This document shows positions 27,110 through 36,318 of a stretch of DNA of 64,000 bases, in pieces. The stretch is taken from positions 124,001 through 188,000 of IMG/VR virus record IMGVR_UViG_3300037258_000590; one strand, 5' to 3'. Numbering within the stretch: the first letter of the stretch is position 1; each line of letters starts with the position of its first letter. The notes beneath the pieces are model-generated. The model had not been told where the DNA came from. It was given only the letters and a program-made list of their open reading frames with translations, and did no database searches. The position numbers were made by a program, and so were the translations under genes.

Positions 27110-27589
27110 ATGACAGGAGATCCCGTGAACCAGCCCGTACCTCCGCGCAAGCGGACCCTTTCCGACCTGGAGATCAACCGGTACGCCATGTTCCTGCCGT
27201 ACCTGCCAGCCGAGGAAAACAACGACGCGGAAGCGATGCCGTGCATCGTGCTGGGCAGCGACGAGGACGGCAACGGCGGCGTGCAGGTGTACGCCTACTC
27301 CGAGAACGGCGTAGTCCGGATCAGCGTGCACACCTACTCAGCCGGACCAGACGAGAACGGGGACGGCCCGTGGGCTTACTACGACCAGGGGCATGAGCGC
27401 GTGATCCCGGTCGTCATCGACGTCTACGACGCAGTGCCTGTAGGGCAGGCGACAGCTGAGGTGAACCCGCTCGGGCAGCCGCTCTGGGTGCCGTCAGCCG
27501 GGCTGGCCTACGCGGGCGTGCCACTGGACCAGATCCCGGACGACGGCCAGCGTGCCGCCGTGGCGCGTCACCGCGAGGCGGACCTGTGA
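27110..27589 (+). CDS. Hypothetical protein with C-terminal LAYAGVPLDQIPDDGQRAAV module
   Basis: Module shared with 51384-51731. Confidence 0.6.
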   Translation: MTGDPVNQPVPPRKRTLSDLEINRYAMFLPYLPAEENNDAEAMPCIVLGSDEDGNGGVQVYAYSENGVVRISVHTYSAGPDENGDGPWAYYDQGHERVIPVVIDVYDAVPVGQATAEVNPLGQPLWVPSAGLAYAGVPLDQIPDDGQRAAVARHREADL

Positions 27590-27780
27590 GCGGCAGGGAC
27601 AAGCTCAACGCCCAACCGGACGAGGACCCGGCACTGAACACGCGTATCGCAGAGCTGGAAGCCGAACAGCAGGCCGCGATCACGGCTGGCACGATCAGCG
27701 CATGGGAGCGGACGCCGGCATGCGCAGAACTGGACCGGCTGCGCGACGAGCGCGGCTACCGGCCGGGTACTGCCGGATAG
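27586..27780 (+). CDS. Small hypothetical protein
   Basis: GTGA overlap; stop overlaps HH8. Confidence 0.55.
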   Translation: MSGRDKLNAQPDEDPALNTRIAELEAEQQAAITAGTISAWERTPACAELDRLRDERGYRPGTAG

Positions 27781-27864
27781 GCGAAACGTCCAGCCGGCAG
27801 GAAACTTCCGGCTCGCAGGAACATCCATGAGAGCTGACCGTCTCACGGAGATGATGCCAGGTCA
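27780..27864 (+). ncRNA. Hammerhead HH8 with mutated core (GAGAUGA), probably inactive
   Basis: Stem II, pseudoknot and stem I CATGAG/CTCACG retained; C3 and U4 substituted. Confidence 0.55.
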
Positions 27865-27881
27865 CCACGACAGGAGCTGAC

Positions 27882-28436
27882 ATGAGACTGCACACGAACC
27901 TGACCGCAGACAATATCCGGACATGCCTGGACCAGGCCAAGGCAGGCGACATACCCAGTGACATCGTGTTCGACGTATTCGGTGAAACCGGTTCCAGGTC
28001 GCATCCGCACGGCTTCGAGGTCCACCTGGCCAGCACGCAGAAGAACACGCGCGATGATGGCGTGACCCGTAGGACCAACCCCATGGCCAGGCACGACGGC
28101 CCGCGCTACGCCGCGAGCTACGACGAATGGGGCTGGTTCCTAGCCGAGCTGTTCGCGGCAGACCGGGCCGCCAAAGCAGGCCCGTACAAGAACGAAGACG
28201 ATTTCCACGTCAAGACCAGGCACGCCTATACGCCCATGGGCAGGGCCCAGCTGCCGCCGGACCACGCGGGCGACCTGGAGCCGGCCCGCGCCGAGCCGGA
28301 CACCGAGCCGGTCAGCGACGCGAGGCTGCCCGTCATCGAGCGGATCGATGCCGTACTGGCCGATTACCCGCCTGACCCGGTTGTGTTCGGATCCAGCCCA
28401 GCACACCTCTCGTTGCGTCCGCGGATGCCGGTATGA
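27882..28436 (+). CDS. Phage-type hypothetical protein
   Basis: GACAGGAG RBS; GSRSHPHGFEVHL, AASYDEWGWFLAELF. Confidence 0.7.
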   Translation: MRLHTNLTADNIRTCLDQAKAGDIPSDIVFDVFGETGSRSHPHGFEVHLASTQKNTRDDGVTRRTNPMARHDGPRYAASYDEWGWFLAELFAADRAAKAGPYKNEDDFHVKTRHAYTPMGRAQLPPDHAGDLEPARAEPDTEPVSDARLPVIERIDAVLADYPPDPVVFGSSPAHLSLRPRMPV

Positions 28437-28489
28437 GATTACGGTCAGCCCGCGACAAAAGCACAGCAGTGAAAAAGGAAGAGACGATC

Positions 28490-28894
28490 ATGGTGATGAA
28501 CATCCAGGAAGAGGCAGCCAGTCTCAACGATGAACAGCTCGGGCGAGAGGTTGGCGCTATGGCGCTAGCTCGCGCCCTGGATACGCGAAAGGGATCGCGC
28601 GAGCGGGCGTTCCTTGACGAGATCCACCAGCGGCATCCCGAGCTGTGCCGGTGTCCGGCCCGGGAGCGGTCTCACTGGCTACACCAGCGGGTTAACGACC
28701 CGTACGGCACCAGCAACCGTCACCCGTTCTGGGAGACGGTCAGCTTCGAGCAGGTAGGCCCGTGGCGCATCTTCAAGCGGGATGCCGCCTGGTACGGCTA
28801 CGAGACCCGGCAGAACGCGTGGACGACCGCCCGGCCATCCCGCGATGACATCATCAAGCATGCCGCCGGGCCGCACGTTGATATCTGGGCCTGA
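28490..28894 (+). CDS. Hypothetical protein
   Basis: AAGGAAGAG RBS. Confidence 0.6.
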   Translation: MVMNIQEEAASLNDEQLGREVGAMALARALDTRKGSRERAFLDEIHQRHPELCRCPARERSHWLHQRVNDPYGTSNRHPFWETVSFEQVGPWRIFKRDAAWYGYETRQNAWTTARPSRDDIIKHAAGPHVDIWA

Positions 28895-28991
28895 CCGCTG
28901 ACCGACAGGCCGCGCAAGCGCGCCGCGGCGCTAGCGCAACGTTCTAACCGGTCGGAGCTTTTCCGGCCGCTCAACGACAGGAGACTGATGC

Positions 28992-29561
28992 GTGATGAAG
29001 ACCGTGCAGACCGTACCTGATGCGCTGGCCAGCGTGAACGCAGCTCAAAGCGCACCCGTGCAATTCGAGCCAGGGCCTCTCCATACACTGGTCGCACTGC
29101 GTCACATAGCCCGTGAGCTGACCGCGCTGCGTGACCTGGCCGCAGCGGTGCGAGCCGCGCTGGCCGTACCGTCTGACGCAGATGAGCTGGCCGACGCGGC
29201 GGACCGGGAAGCACGCAGCATGGCCCCGCCCGTACCCGGTGTTACCCGCGTGGGCGGCTACGTGGTCCGGGCACTCATCACGACCCCCGGCCGGAACACC
29301 GCATGGTTCGTCGCGGCCGAAGGTGACAGCGAGCACAGCACCGGACGCTGGTCCACCTGGCGGGCCGAGCAGGATTCCACCGGGCACCTGCTGTTCAGCT
29401 GCGCCCGGTTCTTTAACGTCCGGGCGGGGCTGACCGCGGCGGATATCCAGGCTGACTTGCACAATGAGCCTGAAACCTGGCGCCCCGACAGGCCGCACAA
29501 CCGCACCGCGGCGCTAGCCAGCCTGGCCGGACGAGCGGGCATCACGCCGGCCGCGGAATAG
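28992..29561 (+). CDS. Hypothetical protein, paralogue of the C-terminal domain of 35117-36286
   Basis: ARSMAPPVPGVTRVGGYVVRA...WFVAAE...WSTW. Confidence 0.65.
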   Translation: MMKTVQTVPDALASVNAAQSAPVQFEPGPLHTLVALRHIARELTALRDLAAAVRAALAVPSDADELADAADREARSMAPPVPGVTRVGGYVVRALITTPGRNTAWFVAAEGDSEHSTGRWSTWRAEQDSTGHLLFSCARFFNVRAGLTAADIQADLHNEPETWRPDRPHNRTAALASLAGRAGITPAAE

Positions 29562-29622
29562 GCGAAACGCCCCCGCCAGCCGGGGTTTTTCCGGCCGCGC
29601 TATGACAGGAGAACAGCACACC

Positions 29623-30009
29623 ATGGACGAAACCCCTGGCCGAACCGAGGTGTTCCGCGTCCCGGACAACACGCCGGCTCCAGACCAGGCGTTCTACACA
29701 ATCACCCCCGAAGATGCCGGCCAGCACGAAATCCGCACCACCGCCGGGGTTATCGAAGTCCCCGATGGCATCTCTCCCGCCCGGACGGGACCTTTCCAGC
29801 TCGCAGACGCCGGAACGCGCCTGTACGGCATGGCGAGCCAAGCCTGGCCCGGCACGGGCTGGTACTGGACGACCACGCCTCATGAAACCTGCGCAGTATG
29901 CGGAAGCCAGCTAGACCATACCGGCATCCGCGGACGCAACGATGAGTTCGTGCACCTGGATGACGACCACGAGGATCACGCCCCGGTCCGGCTCCGTTCT
30001 GAGCAGTAG
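29623..30009 (+). CDS. Hypothetical protein
   Basis: GACAGGAG RBS; CAVC motif. Confidence 0.6.
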   Translation: MDETPGRTEVFRVPDNTPAPDQAFYTITPEDAGQHEIRTTAGVIEVPDGISPARTGPFQLADAGTRLYGMASQAWPGTGWYWTTTPHETCAVCGSQLDHTGIRGRNDEFVHLDDDHEDHAPVRLRSEQ

Positions 30010-30064
30010 TCACAGTAACCGCTGAATACTGCGGCCGGATACGGACGTAGACGACCAGACGATA

Positions 30065-30150
30065 GGCGAAACGTTCTGGCCAGCCGGAAATTTCCGCGTG
30101 GCCAGAACGTCCGCGGGGGCTGACCTCCTCGCGCTGATGATGTCAGGTCA
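30065..30150 (+). ncRNA. Type II hammerhead ribozyme HH9 (canonical CUGAUGA)
   Basis: 12-bp stem III ACGTTCTGGCCA/TGGCCAGAACGT; GUC after 30111; stem I CGCGGGGG/TCCTCGCG; stem II GTC/GGC; pseudoknot TGACC/GGTCA. Confidence 0.9.
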
Positions 30151-30167
30151 TAGAACAGGAGCTGATC

Positions 30168-30356
30168 ATGTCGACTAAGCACAACACCCGGCATCCGGAC
30201 CGGAACGCCAGCCGGTATCCGGCGCGACTGCACCAGCGCGGCCTTTCCAAGACTCCGCCGATGGCGTCAGCTGAGAGCCTGCGTACCGTGCAGGAGCGCC
30301 GGGCCAGGGAGACGGGCTCGCCGTGGGCACCGGCTCAGGCGGCCGAAGCCAGCTGA
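30168..30356 (+). CDS. 62 aa basic protein between HH9 and HH10
   Basis: ACAGGAG RBS. Confidence 0.55.
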   Translation: MSTKHNTRHPDRNASRYPARLHQRGLSKTPPMASAESLRTVQERRARETGSPWAPAQAAEAS

Positions 30357-30366
30357 CAGTCCATCA

Positions 30367-30453
30367 GGCGAAACGTTCTGACCAGCCGGAGATTTTCCGC
30401 GTGGCCAGGACGTCCGCGGAGGCTGACCGCCTCGCGCTGATGATGCCAGGTCA
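30367..30453 (+). ncRNA. Type II hammerhead ribozyme HH10 (canonical CUGAUGA)
   Basis: Stem III ACGTTCTG/CAGGACGT; GUC after 30414; stem I CGCG..AGG/CCTCGCG; pseudoknot intact. Confidence 0.88.
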
Positions 30454-30471
30454 CGAACAGGAGCGCAGATC

Positions 30472-30687
30472 ATGCTGAAGGCATTCCGCCAGGACGGCAC
30501 CGAAGTCCGGCCGGGCGACATCATAACCGATTTTCGCAGTGAGACGGCGACCTTCGAGCGTGCTACCCGCGCGCCGCACGGCCACCGGACGGGCAGAATC
30601 CAGGTGGATGGCCCGCACGGGAGCGAGTTCTACATGACGGTGTTCAACCTAGACGTCCGCGAGGTGCCGGACGCAAACCCCGCCTGA
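30472..30687 (+). CDS. Hypothetical protein
   Basis: ACAGGAG RBS. Confidence 0.65.
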   Translation: MLKAFRQDGTEVRPGDIITDFRSETATFERATRAPHGHRTGRIQVDGPHGSEFYMTVFNLDVREVPDANPA

Positions 30688-30840
30688 CGTCGTGGCGCAG
30701 CAGCAACAGGTGAGCAAGCGCGCCGCCGCACGGCAGGCTACATCGCGGCGCCGTGACAATACGGCTGAGCCGGAGCCGGCTGACTGGCGCCCGCCCTGGT
30801 ACATACCGCCCGCCCGGCGGGCAGCACGGAGGAAACGATC

Positions 30841-31068
30841 ATGACAGACGCCGCTAACCAGCGCACTCGCTACGCGCTGATCGCCATTGAGGTACGCGTG
30901 CCTGTGGACCTGCGCCACGACCCGCACGTAGCCAGCGAGATCGCGCTGGCCGCGCAGGAGTACGCCAACGAGACTTACGGCCGTGACTATGACGGCAGCG
31001 AACCTGAGCCGGTCAGCGCTCCAGCAGGCCGGGCCGACGAACAACACAGAGGAAACGCCCGTGACTGA
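30841..31068 (+). CDS. Hypothetical protein
   Basis: GGAGG RBS. Confidence 0.55.
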   Translation: MTDAANQRTRYALIAIEVRVPVDLRHDPHVASEIALAAQEYANETYGRDYDGSEPEPVSAPAGRADEQHRGNARD

Positions 31069-31516
31069 CAAGAATACCGCTGGCACGCCTAAGCTTCCTG
31101 GCGGCCTGGACGCCCGCGTGCGCCTGGTCAGCCAGCAGCGTGCCGGCATGGGCGGTTACGCCACGCTGAGCCTGTACGGCACGGCTGCCGCACCGCAGCT
31201 GTACGCGGACACCCCGGATACGTTCAGCGGAGTCAGCGTGGCGCCGGATCCGGCTGACCTGATCCGGTTCGCCCGCGGACTGCTGGCTTTCCTGGGCGAG
31301 AACTACGGTGTGCAGCTGCCGCCGTGGCGCCCGGCCAGCAACGGCGCAGGCAAGCGGCACTGGTTCCTGACCCGGTACAGCGGTCACGATGATCAGAGCG
31401 TGCCGCTGGCTGACCGCTACCACTTCGGAGGCGGCGGCCAGCTGGTGCGCTATGCCACCTGCGAGTCGGCGCAACGCGCGGCCAGCAAGCTAAACGCCGC
31501 CGAGGTGACGCCATGA
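31061..31516 (+). CDS. Hypothetical protein
   Basis: AGAGG RBS, GTG start. Confidence 0.6.
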   Translation: MTDKNTAGTPKLPGGLDARVRLVSQQRAGMGGYATLSLYGTAAAPQLYADTPDTFSGVSVAPDPADLIRFARGLLAFLGENYGVQLPPWRPASNGAGKRHWFLTRYSGHDDQSVPLADRYHFGGGGQLVRYATCESAQRAASKLNAAEVTP

Positions 31517-31851
31517 GCTGGACACCAGAGCAGCTGCGTGCGCTAAACGACGAGCGCGCACGCAAGCAGGCCATGCGGGACACCGGGGTTGACCCGGCTG
31601 AACGCGAAGCGGAGGACGTGCCCCCCGGTTCGCTTGAATGGCACCCGAGCACGGCGTTTCCCGAGCACCAGCAGCGCGATCTGCACGATTCCCCGTACTG
31701 GGCTGAGGTAAGCCCAGACGGGTCGTGGGGCATCTTGTCTCCAGACCAGGACGGCGACGTTACTTCTGGCCGCGCAGCCGATATGACCACAGCTAAGCAC
31801 GCTGTGGCGAACTGGGAAACCGCTCACCAGCAGGCCGCCGGATCCAGCTGA
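31513..31851 (+). CDS. Hypothetical protein
   Basis: ATGA overlap. Confidence 0.6.
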   Translation: MSWTPEQLRALNDERARKQAMRDTGVDPAEREAEDVPPGSLEWHPSTAFPEHQQRDLHDSPYWAEVSPDGSWGILSPDQDGDVTSGRAADMTTAKHAVANWETAHQQAAGSS

Positions 31852-31885
31852 CCGCACTATCCACCCCTTACGGCAGGAGCCGATT

Positions 31886-32590
31886 ATGAATTACAGCGAG
31901 ATCCTGGATACGCAGGGCCGGTACCGGGCCCGGCTGGTGCTGGACGAGGACGCAGGCGAGCGGTATGACGACGGCGCTTCGCCACTACTGCGCATTGACA
32001 GCGGCGCCAGGGCTACGCATGTTATGGCTACCGGCCGGCCGCTGGACGCAGACGAAACAGTGGAGCAGGCCATCTCGTACTGGCATACCACGCCCGGCGA
32101 CAGTAACTGGCGGCTGATTGAACGCTACCTGCGGGCCTTTCACGGCGTGACCCAGATCGAGACGTGGCACAGCGGATCGTACTGGTACGTGACGTACGAC
32201 AGCGCGGCCTGGCGCGAGTACGCCGGCGCGCCGCCGGGCAGCGCGGACATGTCCGAGTACCGCGCCTGGTGCGAGGGCGACGTGTGGGGCTGGGTCGTGG
32301 AGAAACTCGTGCTCTGGACCACTGCGGACGCGGCGGTCTCCCCCGCGTTCAAGGACGAATGGGAGCACGTCAACTCGTGCTGGGGCTACTACGGCAACGG
32401 CGAGTACCTGAAGCAATGCGCTCGCGAGGCCCTGGCGTATGAAGCCGAACACGGCGATGACCTGCCGCACGAGCCTGCCGCGCCCGGCACAGGCGATGAC
32501 ACGCTCACGCCAGAGCGAATCGCCGCAGCAGTAGCGGACATGCAACGCGTACAGCGCAACCTGGACGCCGACCGCAACAAGGAGGGCTGA
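31886..32590 (+). CDS. Conserved mobile-element protein (SCWGYYG motif)
   Basis: EYRAWCEGDVWGWVVE...NSCWGYYG, a pattern I recall from phage/ICE hypotheticals. Confidence 0.7.
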   Translation: MNYSEILDTQGRYRARLVLDEDAGERYDDGASPLLRIDSGARATHVMATGRPLDADETVEQAISYWHTTPGDSNWRLIERYLRAFHGVTQIETWHSGSYWYVTYDSAAWREYAGAPPGSADMSEYRAWCEGDVWGWVVEKLVLWTTADAAVSPAFKDEWEHVNSCWGYYGNGEYLKQCAREALAYEAEHGDDLPHEPAAPGTGDDTLTPERIAAAVADMQRVQRNLDADRNKEG

Positions 32591-32594
32591 ACTC

Positions 32595-32945
32595 ATGAGA
32601 ATCACCCAGAAAACTGTCGGGCACCTGGCCGCCGAGGTGGAACGACTATCCGGCCGGGCGCCCGTAACCGTCATCAGCCGGCCTGGTGACGGCCGCACCC
32701 GTTACGTAATGTCCGAGTCGCTGACGAGCGTCTATTGCGGTGCCCGGCAGGCATGTGCGTACCTGCTCGGCATCCTGGCGGGGCTGGATCCGGACGGGCC
32801 GGTGCACCACGTGGACGCCCGGCAGCAATGGGTCGCGGACGTCGATGCGGCATACGCGTACGGCCGGATCCCGGTTGCGGAGCGCACGGCTCGTGCGAAC
32901 GGCAGACGGTACGGCGAGTACCTGCGCACGTACGTCATGCGCTAA
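32595..32945 (+). CDS. Hypothetical protein
   Basis: AAGGAGG RBS. Confidence 0.65.
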   Translation: MRITQKTVGHLAAEVERLSGRAPVTVISRPGDGRTRYVMSESLTSVYCGARQACAYLLGILAGLDPDGPVHHVDARQQWVADVDAAYAYGRIPVAERTARANGRRYGEYLRTYVMR

Positions 32946-32946
32946 A

Positions 32947-33022
32947 GGAACGTCCGACCAGTCGGAACTTCCGGCTGGCCGGCACACCCCGCAGGCACTA
33001 ACCGGCCTGTGATGCCGGGTCA
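32947..33022 (+). repeat. Decayed hammerhead HH11
   Basis: GGAACGTCCG...hairpin...CCTGTGATGCCGGGTCA; GAAA and CUGA core segments damaged. Confidence 0.55.
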
Positions 33023-33041
33023 GCTAAGACAGGAGCAGGTT

Positions 33042-33620
33042 ATGCCAGTAAGCAAGCCGGATATCCGGTTCGCGGTCGCGATCACTGAATCCGCATACGG
33101 CGGCGGGTCGCGATACGTGCATTTCACGGCACAGGCGATGATCGCCGCCATCGGCCGGTTCGGCAGCGATGAGGGCAAACCGGGCCTGTTCAGCCCGGCC
33201 AGCTACGAGCTGCCGTTCGATCCGGACGTCAAGGCGCTAGCGGGCCTGGAGATTTCCGCGCAGGCAGATGAGAACACCATGCGCAAGACCGGTCAGGAAT
33301 TCTACGGCTGGTCGGTGGCTTACCAGCGCCGGTCGGTAGAACTGGCCGACGCGGAAGCCATGGTCAGGGTCCTGCGCAAGATCGGCCGGGGGATGACCCG
33401 GCTGTCTGGCGAGCTGGGCAGGCCGGTGACGCTCGCGCAGTTCGCGACGCACGCCGTCCGGGCGCTCACCGCTGAACGCGCGCCGTTCACCCGACACGTC
33501 GAAGACAACCACGACTTCGGGGGGACCGGGTACCGGTCGATGGACCCGGCCGCGCTGGATCACTACATCTGGTCCGAGTGCGCCGCGTGGCGCGAGCGCT
33601 ACGGCGTCCAGGTCACGTAA
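33042..33620 (+). CDS. Hypothetical protein
   Basis: GACAGGAG RBS. Confidence 0.65.
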   Translation: MPVSKPDIRFAVAITESAYGGGSRYVHFTAQAMIAAIGRFGSDEGKPGLFSPASYELPFDPDVKALAGLEISAQADENTMRKTGQEFYGWSVAYQRRSVELADAEAMVRVLRKIGRGMTRLSGELGRPVTLAQFATHAVRALTAERAPFTRHVEDNHDFGGTGYRSMDPAALDHYIWSECAAWRERYGVQVT

Positions 33621-33660
33621 GACAACACCCGCACCGCAAACAAGACAGGAGCCCGTCAGC

Positions 33661-34722
33661 ATGTCAGGAATTTCCCTGCACGTATCTGTCCGGTCAATAC
33701 AAGATCTGCTCGCAGATGTGCCGCGGCTGACTGGTTTCACGCCAGCCAACAGCCTGGTCATCATCGGAGCAAAGCCCCCGCATGACCGCGTGTGCGTCAC
33801 GCTCCGGTACGACATGCCCGCCGGCGCCGAGACGATAGCCGGGACGCTTGCGCACGCCAGCGACGTCCTGGCCGGCGCGGATGCCACCAGCGTGGCCGCG
33901 GTGATCTACGGAACGCAGGAGCAGGCGGCGCCGATCGTGGCCGGACTGGCCAGCCTGACGGAACTCCAGGCAGAACTCCAGGTCACCGAGGTCATCAGGG
34001 TAGACGCAGGCCGGTACTGGTCGTATACCTGCGATGACCCTGATTGCTGCCCGCCAGAAGGCACCAAGTTCACTGTTGGCGACGTTGCCGGCCTGGCAGT
34101 CCCGGTACTGGCTGACCGGGAAACGCTGGCGGCCACGCTGGCGCCGGTCACGGGAGCGAGTGCGGAATCGATGCGGGCAGCAACGCAAAAGGCCGAGCAG
34201 CCTGTCAGCTTGCCGTCAACCGTACACGCCGGGGCAGCCCGTGCATGGCAGCGTGCTACCGCAACTAGCGGGCTGCGTAACAGCCAGGATCTTCTCCGGC
34301 GCTACCGCGCAGGCAATTACGTCATGTCCGACGACGAGGCAGCGCGGATCACGGTGGCGCTGAGCAGCCTGCGGGTTCGCGATGACTTGTGGGCAAGGAT
34401 GGACCCCGCCCACGCCAAAGCTCACCTCGTGCTGCTCACCGACCTGACCCGGCGCGCTCAGCCAGGATACGTAGCAGCCCCGGCAGGCGTACTCGCATTC
34501 GTCGCCTGGCAGTCCGGGAACGGTGCGCTAGCCAATATCGCACTAGACCGGGCGCTGGCCGACCAGCCCAGGTATTCAATGGCGCAGCTGCTGCGCCAGG
34601 TCATCACCGCCGGGGCACCGCCTTCGATGGCCCGGCTGCCGATGACACCAGAGGAGGTTGCCCTCACCTTCGATGAGATGGATGACGAAGCCGACCTAGA
34701 GGACGAGGCCAGCGAAGAGTAA
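33661..34722 (+). CDS. DUF4192 domain protein
   Basis: DLLADVPRLTGFTPANSLVIIG...RVRD...LAFVAWQSGNGALANIALDRALADQPRYSMAQLL. Confidence 0.85.
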   Translation: MSGISLHVSVRSIQDLLADVPRLTGFTPANSLVIIGAKPPHDRVCVTLRYDMPAGAETIAGTLAHASDVLAGADATSVAAVIYGTQEQAAPIVAGLASLTELQAELQVTEVIRVDAGRYWSYTCDDPDCCPPEGTKFTVGDVAGLAVPVLADRETLAATLAPVTGASAESMRAATQKAEQPVSLPSTVHAGAARAWQRATATSGLRNSQDLLRRYRAGNYVMSDDEAARITVALSSLRVRDDLWARMDPAHAKAHLVLLTDLTRRAQPGYVAAPAGVLAFVAWQSGNGALANIALDRALADQPRYSMAQLLRQVITAGAPPSMARLPMTPEEVALTFDEMDDEADLEDEASEE

Positions 34723-34723
34723 A

Positions 34724-34813
34724 GGTGAAACGTCCCGCTGGCCGGAGCTTCCGGCCGGCGGGGCGTCCGCGAGAGCCAGCCGCCTCGCCGACCTGAACCG
34801 CTCGGAGGATGCC
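34724..34813 (+). ncRNA. Hammerhead-like HH12 with an insertion in the core
   Basis: GGT-GAAA; stem III ACGTCCCGC/GCGGGGCGT; GUC after 34767; CCGA-[16 nt]-GA-T-GCC. Confidence 0.45.
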
Positions 34814-34832
34814 GCAAAGGAAGGACTGACCT

Positions 34833-35102
34833 GTGAGCACAGACCACGAATTCAGCCCGTGGAAGTTCAACACCGAGTACGCCCCCGTCCGGTGGGCGCG
34901 ACGATGCAGGACCTGCCACCTCGGCCTGGGTCACGCCGAGGTCAGCCCGTCGCCTCTGCCGCCAGCGTCGGCGCTCGCCGAGATGCCGGAGTGGGAGCGC
35001 GCAGCGGTAGAGGGCCTTTCAGCGGCGTACTGGGTGACCGCCGCCGCAAGCAGCAGCGGGATCCGGGAACGGTCCGGCTTCCCGGACTGGCTCAACAAGT
35101 AA
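34833..35102 (+). CDS. Hypothetical protein with CxxC
   Basis: AAGGAAGG RBS. Confidence 0.55.
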   Translation: MSTDHEFSPWKFNTEYAPVRWARRCRTCHLGLGHAEVSPSPLPPASALAEMPEWERAAVEGLSAAYWVTAAASSSGIRERSGFPDWLNK

Positions 35103-35116
35103 AGGAGCACCCGACC

Positions 35117-36286
35117 ATGCACAACACCGGACTAGAAAGCGCAGAGATCCCTGACCCGATAGAGGAAGCGCGCAGGCTGGACGGGCGCGCCTCCCGCCAG
35201 GAAGCGCTGGCGCTAGAGCAGGCCCTGCGCCGCGAAGGCTGGCAGCACACGTTCGCTGCCTACCGCGGCGAAAATTACGACCGGATGTCCGGCCCGCTCT
35301 CAACATCGGTGTCCGGAGCCGGGTACTGGGACCACCCGGACCACCCCGGCGTCGTGATCAGGGCCGGGGAGGGCATCAACTACCGGGCGGGGACCTCGTG
35401 GGGGGAAGTCTGCATCCTGGCCGGCGAGCGGCTGGCCTCGGTGCAGGCCGAGATCGCGACGGAGCGGGAACGCCGCGCCGCCCTGGCCGCCGAAGACGCG
35501 CGCCTCGCCGCCCTTCCCTCCGTCGCCATCCCCGGTGCCAGCGACACCGATATAGCCGCCCTGTACCGTGCCGTCGGCGAAACGCTCGCCGGCCTCAATG
35601 ACGCGTGCTCAGAGGCGGGCCGCGCGGACCAGCTGTACGGCAACCGGGAAGTATCCCTGCAATGGGATGCCACCAAGGAAGCCGTCTACGCCGCCCGGCA
35701 AGCGGCGGACACGCTCCATCAGCGGCTCATGGTGGCGCAGATCCACCGCGAATCCCTCGCCCGGTCCGAACTCCAGTCCCTGGCTCCTTACATAGAGGCT
35801 GGTGACACCGAGCTGCTGGAAGCGAGCGGCGTGCCCGAAGGCTACGCGGATGAGCTGGCCGCCGAGGCCGAGCACGCCGCCCGCACGATGGCCCCGCCCG
35901 TGCCGGACGTGACGCGAAACGCGGGCTACACCGTGCGCGCGGTCATGCCTGGCCACCCGGCCGGGAACGACCTGCTGGCCAGCTGGTGGGTAGCAGCCGA
36001 AGACATAGCGGACGGCGGATGGGTGACCTGGGAAGCCTACGCACTGAACGGCGAGCAGGCAGGACAGCTGAGTTACAACGCCGGCCACTACTTCGACGGC
36101 ACGGATCAGGCCGTGAACCGGCGCGGCGCGCTGGCGAACCTGGCTGTCCGGGCCGGCACGATGCCGGAAATGGCCCACCTCATCGCGGCTGAGGTCATGC
36201 GGTACGCCGGGAACATACTCCCGCCGTCCGTTAAAGCCGAGGACCAGCGGATGGCGTCCCGCCTGCGCAAGTGGGCTTCGCGCTGA
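35117..36286 (+). CDS. Mosaic multi-domain hypothetical protein
   Basis: AAGGAG RBS; C-terminus paralogous to 28992-29561. Confidence 0.7.
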   Translation: MHNTGLESAEIPDPIEEARRLDGRASRQEALALEQALRREGWQHTFAAYRGENYDRMSGPLSTSVSGAGYWDHPDHPGVVIRAGEGINYRAGTSWGEVCILAGERLASVQAEIATERERRAALAAEDARLAALPSVAIPGASDTDIAALYRAVGETLAGLNDACSEAGRADQLYGNREVSLQWDATKEAVYAARQAADTLHQRLMVAQIHRESLARSELQSLAPYIEAGDTELLEASGVPEGYADELAAEAEHAARTMAPPVPDVTRNAGYTVRAVMPGHPAGNDLLASWWVAAEDIADGGWVTWEAYALNGEQAGQLSYNAGHYFDGTDQAVNRRGALANLAVRAGTMPEMAHLIAAEVMRYAGNILPPSVKAEDQRMASRLRKWASR

Positions 36287-36318
36287 GCGCCGGAACTACT
36301 GACAGACAGGAGACGGTC

